Of a stretch of DNA of 64,000 bases, positions 59,560 through 64,000 are shown in pieces. Source of the DNA: Bacillota bacterium (GTDB lineage Bacteria > Bacillota_I > Bacilli_A > ML615J-28 > CAG-698); assembly GCA_016280895.1 (NCBI GenBank), contig JAEEHM010000063.1:5392-69391 (forward strand), in the 5' to 3' direction. The notes under the pieces were generated by a model. It was not told the origin of the DNA. It saw only the letters and a program-made list of their open reading frames with translations, and made no database searches. Made by a program: the position numbers and the translations under genes. Numbering within the stretch: position 1 is the first letter of the stretch; each line of letters begins with the position of its first letter.

Positions 59560-61956
59560 ATGGAATTTCAAGGAAGTGTAAAAAAGATAAACTACTATAA
59601 TCAAGAAAACGGATACGGAATAGTAAGAGTTGAAGTTAGTAATGAAACAATGAATAGAATCATTCAAGAAATTGAAGATGATTCTTTCTATGGAAATACG
59701 ATTGTAGTCGTTTCTACTTTTACGACACTTCCTTTTATTGATCAATCATATGACTTTAGTGGTAAATTTGAATATTCAAAATATGGACTTCAATTTAGAA
59801 GTGACAAAACTGTTAAAACAATTTCTCAATCTGAAGATGGAATTGTAGCTTATTTATCTTCTAATTTATTTAAAGGAATTGGACCGAAAATAGCAAAAAA
59901 GGTTTATGATGAATTAGGTGATGATGCTTTAAAGGAAATCTTAAAAGACAAAGCTGCACTTGATAATGTGAATATCACCAACAAACAAAAAGATATTATT
60001 TATGATACTTTAAAAGAATATTATCAAGAAGAAGAATCTTTAGTTGAATTATTATCCTTAGGCTTAAGCTTAAAAATGGCAAGTAGAATAATCAAAGCAC
60101 TTGGTGAAAGAGCTATTTCTACTGTTAAAGAAAATCCTTATACCTTAATTGAAAAGGTGGAAGGCATTGGTTTTTTAAGAGCTGATGAAATTGCGTTAAA
60201 GATGGGACTTGATAAGAGAAGCCCATATCGTATTAAAGCTCTTATTATCAATACCTTAGAAGAAGCAATTTATAATATGGGTGATACTTATATGAATAAA
60301 AATAATTTATTCATTGAATGTTGCCGTATTGCGAATAAAGATGAAAATATTATTGATCATGATGATTTTATCTCTTATATAAATGAGCTTGCTAACGATA
60401 AAAAGATCTTAGTAGATAATGAAGAAAATGTATATGATGTAAGACTTGCATTTCAAGAAAATGAAATCGCAAAAATAATTGTGGAACATTTAAATAAAGA
60501 GATTAATAATCCATATAGCGATGATAAAATCTTGTATGAACTTTCTCATTTAGAAGAAGATTTTCATATTGAATATAATGAGATGCAAAAGGCAGCAATT
60601 ATTAATGCACTAAAAGAGAATATTTCAATTATTACTGGTGGGCCTGGTACAGGTAAATCTACAATCGTAAAAGCAATCATTGAAATATATAAGAACCTAA
60701 TGCCAAGTGAAAAGCAAGATATTATCAATAGTCGTATTAAATTAGTAGCACCAACTGGTCGTGCTGCGAAACGTTTAAGAGAATTATGCTATCATGATGC
60801 ATCTACTATTCATAAACTGCTTGGTTATACTGGTCATTTATTTACTGTTGATAATGTTGATGCTGACATTATCATTATCGATGAGTTTAGTATGGTAGAT
60901 ATTTCTTTAGCTTATCATTTATTTAAAGCGATTAGTGATGATACGAGAATCATTATTGTGGGTGATAGTGACCAATTACCTGCTGTTGGTGCCGGTGATA
61001 TTTTAAATGATTTGATTTTATCAAAAGAAGTATCTGTAACAAAGCTTTCTAAAATCCATCGTCAAGCTAAAGATAGCACAATTATTTCTTTGGCTCATGA
61101 TATTAATCAAGGCTTTTTACCTCCTGATTTGAAAGAACTAAAGAAGGATAGAAAATTTATTGCATGTAGTGATGATAATATCATCTCACTTGCTTTAAAA
61201 ACAATCGATTTATATTTGAATCAACAGCATTTACATGATGGCGATGATGATAATTTTGAAGCTTATTTAAAAGAAAAAGAAATACTTGTTAATGATATTC
61301 AAGTATTAGTACCAATGTATAAGGGAAGCGTTGGAATAGATGCTTTTAATCACCATTTACAGGAACATTTTAATCCGAAAACTAAACTTAATGATAAAGA
61401 AATTGTGTACGGTAATAAGAAATATCGTATGTATGATAAGGTCATTCAACTTGTGAATCGCAGCGAAAAGAATGTAATGAATGGTGATATTGGTTATGTT
61501 AATGGCTTTATTGAAAAAGATGATAGTATTGTAGGACTTAAGGTTAGATATAATTTTGGTGATGTTGAATATGAAATTGATGAACTTGATGATATAAGTT
61601 TAGCTTATGCCATTTCTATTCATAAAGCTCAAGGTAGTGAATTTAAATTAGTCATTGTACCTTTTAGTTTCAAATATTATATTATGCTTAAGAAAAAATT
61701 GATCTACACAGCAATTACTCGAGCAAAGAAATATCTAATTATGCTTGGTAATATTGATGCTATTAGAAAAGGTATTGTATCGATTGAAGAAAAAAGACAT
61801 ACAAAATTACAAGAGCGCATAAAAACTTTAATCAATAATCCAAACGCAATTTTGGATGCTGATAGTGCTTTTGATAAGATTGTGCTAGAAAATGAAATAG
61901 AAAAAGATATTAGTCCATATGATTTTATGGATGAAGGAATGATTGAAAATAAATAA
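59560..61956 (+). CDS. recD2: ATP-dependent RecD-like DNA helicase (RecD2)
   Basis: HhH N-domain; 'ITGGPGTGKST', 'IIIIDEFSMVD', 'VGDSDQLPAVGAG', 'ISIHKAQGSEF'. Confidence 0.85.
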   Translation: MEFQGSVKKINYYNQENGYGIVRVEVSNETMNRIIQEIEDDSFYGNTIVVVSTFTTLPFIDQSYDFSGKFEYSKYGLQFRSDKTVKTISQSEDGIVAYLSSNLFKGIGPKIAKKVYDELGDDALKEILKDKAALDNVNITNKQKDIIYDTLKEYYQEEESLVELLSLGLSLKMASRIIKALGERAISTVKENPYTLIEKVEGIGFLRADEIALKMGLDKRSPYRIKALIINTLEEAIYNMGDTYMNKNNLFIECCRIANKDENIIDHDDFISYINELANDKKILVDNEENVYDVRLAFQENEIAKIIVEHLNKEINNPYSDDKILYELSHLEEDFHIEYNEMQKAAIINALKENISIITGGPGTGKSTIVKAIIEIYKNLMPSEKQDIINSRIKLVAPTGRAAKRLRELCYHDASTIHKLLGYTGHLFTVDNVDADIIIIDEFSMVDISLAYHLFKAISDDTRIIIVGDSDQLPAVGAGDILNDLILSKEVSVTKLSKIHRQAKDSTIISLAHDINQGFLPPDLKELKKDRKFIACSDDNIISLALKTIDLYLNQQHLHDGDDDNFEAYLKEKEILVNDIQVLVPMYKGSVGIDAFNHHLQEHFNPKTKLNDKEIVYGNKKYRMYDKVIQLVNRSEKNVMNGDIGYVNGFIEKDDSIVGLKVRYNFGDVEYEIDELDDISLAYAISIHKAQGSEFKLVIVPFSFKYYIMLKKKLIYTAITRAKKYLIMLGNIDAIRKGIVSIEEKRHTKLQERIKTLINNPNAILDADSAFDKIVLENEIEKDISPYDFMDEGMIENK

Positions 61957-62008
61957 AAGCAGAAAATGAGTTTCAAGTAGTAGAAATTTATTTACTTTTT
62001 ATCATTTT

Positions 62009-62019
62009 TGTGATATAAT
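62009..62019 (+). promoter_or_regulatory. Extended -10 element (TGtGATATAAT) for yebC
   Basis: TGaTATAAT at 62011-19, 43 nt upstream of the ATG. RBS AAAGGAAG. Confidence 0.45.
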
Positions 62020-62061
62020 AACTTGTAAAAATTTATGTGATGTAAGAAAGGAAGTATATTT

Positions 62062-62784
62062 ATGGGAAGAGCACATGAAGTTCGTGCAGCATCAATGGCT
62101 AAAACAGCTGCTGCAAAAAGTAAACTAAACGCTAAATGGAGTCGTGCAATCTATGTTGCCGCAAAATCTGGTATCCCTGATCCTTCTGTAAACCAAGCAT
62201 TAAAGAAAGAAATTGAAAAAGCTAAGAGAGAACAAGTTACAGCTGATACTATTAAAAAGGCTATTGAAAAAGCTAAGGGTGGAGTTGGTGAAAACTACGA
62301 TCCTGAAAGATATGAAGGCTTTGGACCTGCAAATTCAATGTGGATTATTGATTGCTTAACTGATAATCATAATAGAACATTAACTGCTATTCGTACTGCA
62401 TTTGCACGTGTTGGTGGAAATTTAGGTGCTAGTGGTAGTGTTGTACATATGTTTAAGAATCAAGCTATCTTCAGTTTTGAAGGAAGTGATCCAGATAGCT
62501 TTATGGAATTGTTATTAGAAAATGATTGTGATATCGAAGATGTTCAAGAAGATGAAGGTATTATTTCTATCTTTGCACCTGCTACTGAATATGGAAAAGT
62601 AAAAGATGTATTAGATCAAAATTATCCAGAAATGAATTATCTAGAAGATCATACTACATGGACTCCAAGCACATATGTAAAGCTTGAAGATGAACACGAC
62701 AAACAAAAATTCGAACGCTTTATGGAAATGCTTGATGAAGATGATGACGTTCAAAACGTATATCATAATATCGAATTAGAATAA
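62062..62784 (+). CDS. yebC: YebC/PmpR-family transcriptional regulatory protein
   Basis: 'MGRAHEVRAASMAKTAAAKSKL...' canonical YebC N-terminus; 240 aa. Confidence 0.9.
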   Translation: MGRAHEVRAASMAKTAAAKSKLNAKWSRAIYVAAKSGIPDPSVNQALKKEIEKAKREQVTADTIKKAIEKAKGGVGENYDPERYEGFGPANSMWIIDCLTDNHNRTLTAIRTAFARVGGNLGASGSVVHMFKNQAIFSFEGSDPDSFMELLLENDCDIEDVQEDEGIISIFAPATEYGKVKDVLDQNYPEMNYLEDHTTWTPSTYVKLEDEHDKQKFERFMEMLDEDDDVQNVYHNIELE

Positions 62785-62792
62785 GAGATTTA

Positions 62793-62828
62793 AAAAAGCT
62801 TAAGTGTTTCCCATTTAGGCTTTTTTCA
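62793..62828 (+). terminator. Rho-independent terminator
   Basis: aaaaagcttaa...ttaggcttttt stem (one G-U pair), then TTTTTT. Confidence 0.55.
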
Positions 62829-62852
62829 ATCTTAAGGAATAAAAGGTAAATT

Positions 62853-64000
62853 ATGATTATAAAAAATGTTAATGAAATAAATAAAGAATATGATGTCATC
62901 GTCGTTGGTGCTGGTCCTATGGGCTATTTCACATGCTACGAGTTGATGCAAAAAAGTCCTAATCTAAAGGTATTATTAATCGATAAGGGTAATGATATTT
63001 ATCATAGAAATTGCCCAATTTTAGCGAAGAAAATCACTCAATGTCCAAAAGATATGTATGGAAATAGTGGTTGTAAACCAGCTTGTTCCATAACATCAGG
63101 CTTTGGTGGTGCTGGAGCATATTCTGATGGAAAATTCAATATCACTAATGAATTTGGTGGATGGATGGATGAATACATCGATCGTGATGAAGTATTAGAT
63201 TTAATCAATTATGTCGATGAAATAAATTTAAAACATGGTGCTCCAACTGAAATCACTGATCCTGATACTAAAGCAGTCTTAGAAATTGAAAAGAAGGGTA
63301 TCGCAGTTGGCTTAAAATTACTTAGAAGTAGAGTTAGACACTTAGGTACTGAAATCAATTTAAAAGTATTAAAGAGTATATTTGAAGAATTAAATGAAAA
63401 AATTGACTTCTTATTTGGTAGTGCTGTTGAAGATATTTTAGTAAGTGATAATAAAGCATGTGGTGTTATTGTTAAAGGAAAAGAATTAAAATCTAAATAT
63501 GTTGTTTTAGGTATTGGCCGTGGTGGTTCTGATTGGTTAGCAGCTACTCTTACAAAACATGGCGTTAAAGTCAAAAACAATCGTGTAGATATTGGCGTTA
63601 GAGTAGAAACAAACGATATTATTATGGATGAAATAAATAAGAATCTATATGAAGGTAAATTCATCTATAATACTTCAGTAGGTACACAAGTAAGAACATT
63701 CTGCTCAAATCCAAGTGGACATGTCGTTATTGAAAATTGGAATGGTATAATGTTGTGTAATGGCCATGCATACCATGATGAACAATTAGGTAGTAGAAAT
63801 ACTAACTTTGCATTACTTGTTTCACATACATTTGATGAACCATTTAGAGATGCTAATGAATATGCACGTCAAATCTCACATTTAGCTAATAAGCTTTCTG
63901 GTGGCGCTGTTATTGTACAAAAATTTGGCGATATTATTAAAGGTAGAAGAAGCACTGCAAAAAGAATTGCGGAAGGCTTTGTAACACCAACATTAAAAGA
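62853..64000 (+). CDS. FAD-dependent oxidoreductase (COG2509-like), 3'-truncated at the window end
   Basis: 'YDVIVVGAGPMGYFTCYEL' Rossmann motif. The frame stays open to nt 64000. The track missed it because there is no stop. The 63209..63664 minus-strand ORF is spurious. Confidence 0.65.
   Translation, partial: MIIKNVNEINKEYDVIVVGAGPMGYFTCYELMQKSPNLKVLLIDKGNDIYHRNCPILAKKITQCPKDMYGNSGCKPACSITSGFGGAGAYSDGKFNITNEFGGWMDEYIDRDEVLDLINYVDEINLKHGAPTEITDPDTKAVLEIEKKGIAVGLKLLRSRVRHLGTEINLKVLKSIFEELNEKIDFLFGSAVEDILVSDNKACGVIVKGKELKSKYVVLGIGRGGSDWLAATLTKHGVKVKNNRVDIGVRVETNDIIMDEINKNLYEGKFIYNTSVGTQVRTFCSNPSGHVVIENWNGIMLCNGHAYHDEQLGSRNTNFALLVSHTFDEPFRDANEYARQISHLANKLSGGAVIVQKFGDIIKGRRSTAKRIAEGFVTPTLK

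Noticed and set aside
63209-63664. 151-aa minus-strand ORF near the window end.
   Set aside because: It overlaps the uninterrupted plus-strand frame of a Rossmann-fold FAD oxidoreductase (62853-64000) that has clear motifs. The minus ORF is low complexity.
1-64000. tRNA/rRNA genes, CRISPR repeats, transposases, integrases and prophage remnants.
   Set aside because: No intergenic region exceeds about 220 nt. None shows cloverleaf-compatible GC-rich structure. There are no direct-repeat arrays, no transposase/integrase-like ORFs and no flanking inverted repeats.

Overview
This is an AT-rich (~30% GC), densely coded Firmicutes chromosomal segment. Gene order resembles Bacillus/Erysipelotrichia (rpmB-yloV-recG-plsX-rnc-dnaD-nth, gmk-rpoZ-priA-fmt, yycJ-rlmH, uvrB-mnmA-recD2-yebC). 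Standard genetic code. I found no rRNA, tRNA, CRISPR array or mobile element. Housekeeping blocks: uvrB, mnmA, recD2, yebC, recG, plsX, rnc, nth, gmk, rpoZ, priA, fmt, rpmB, rqcH, pepF, yhaM, rlmH. Accessory content: (i) a cobamide nucleotide-loop salvage/remodeling cluster (CbiR-like TIM-barrel gene, cobT, cobU, cobS, a miniature cobU-like ORF, cobC); (ii) c-di-GMP signalling proteins (a membrane sensor HD-GYP with an extracytoplasmic Reg_prop/Y_Y_Y beta-propeller ectodomain, and a membrane GGDEF protein); (iii) secreted phosphoesterases (a Big_2/GDPD lipoprotein and a purple-acid-phosphatase-like protein carrying a dockerin-like module); (iv) an operon of two tandem paralogous giant (about 1200 aa) N-terminally membrane-anchored extracytoplasmic proteins of unknown function, which I rate the best candidate for an undescribed system; (v) several catalytically degenerate paralogs of well-known enzymes (PriA without Walker A, a CCA-head protein lacking the DxD dyad and coupled to yhaM, an ABC-ATPase-like protein lacking all ATPase motifs, a mini-CobU). 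Where the ORF track began at an upstream TTG/GTG, I moved the start to an ATG with a Shine-Dalgarno.
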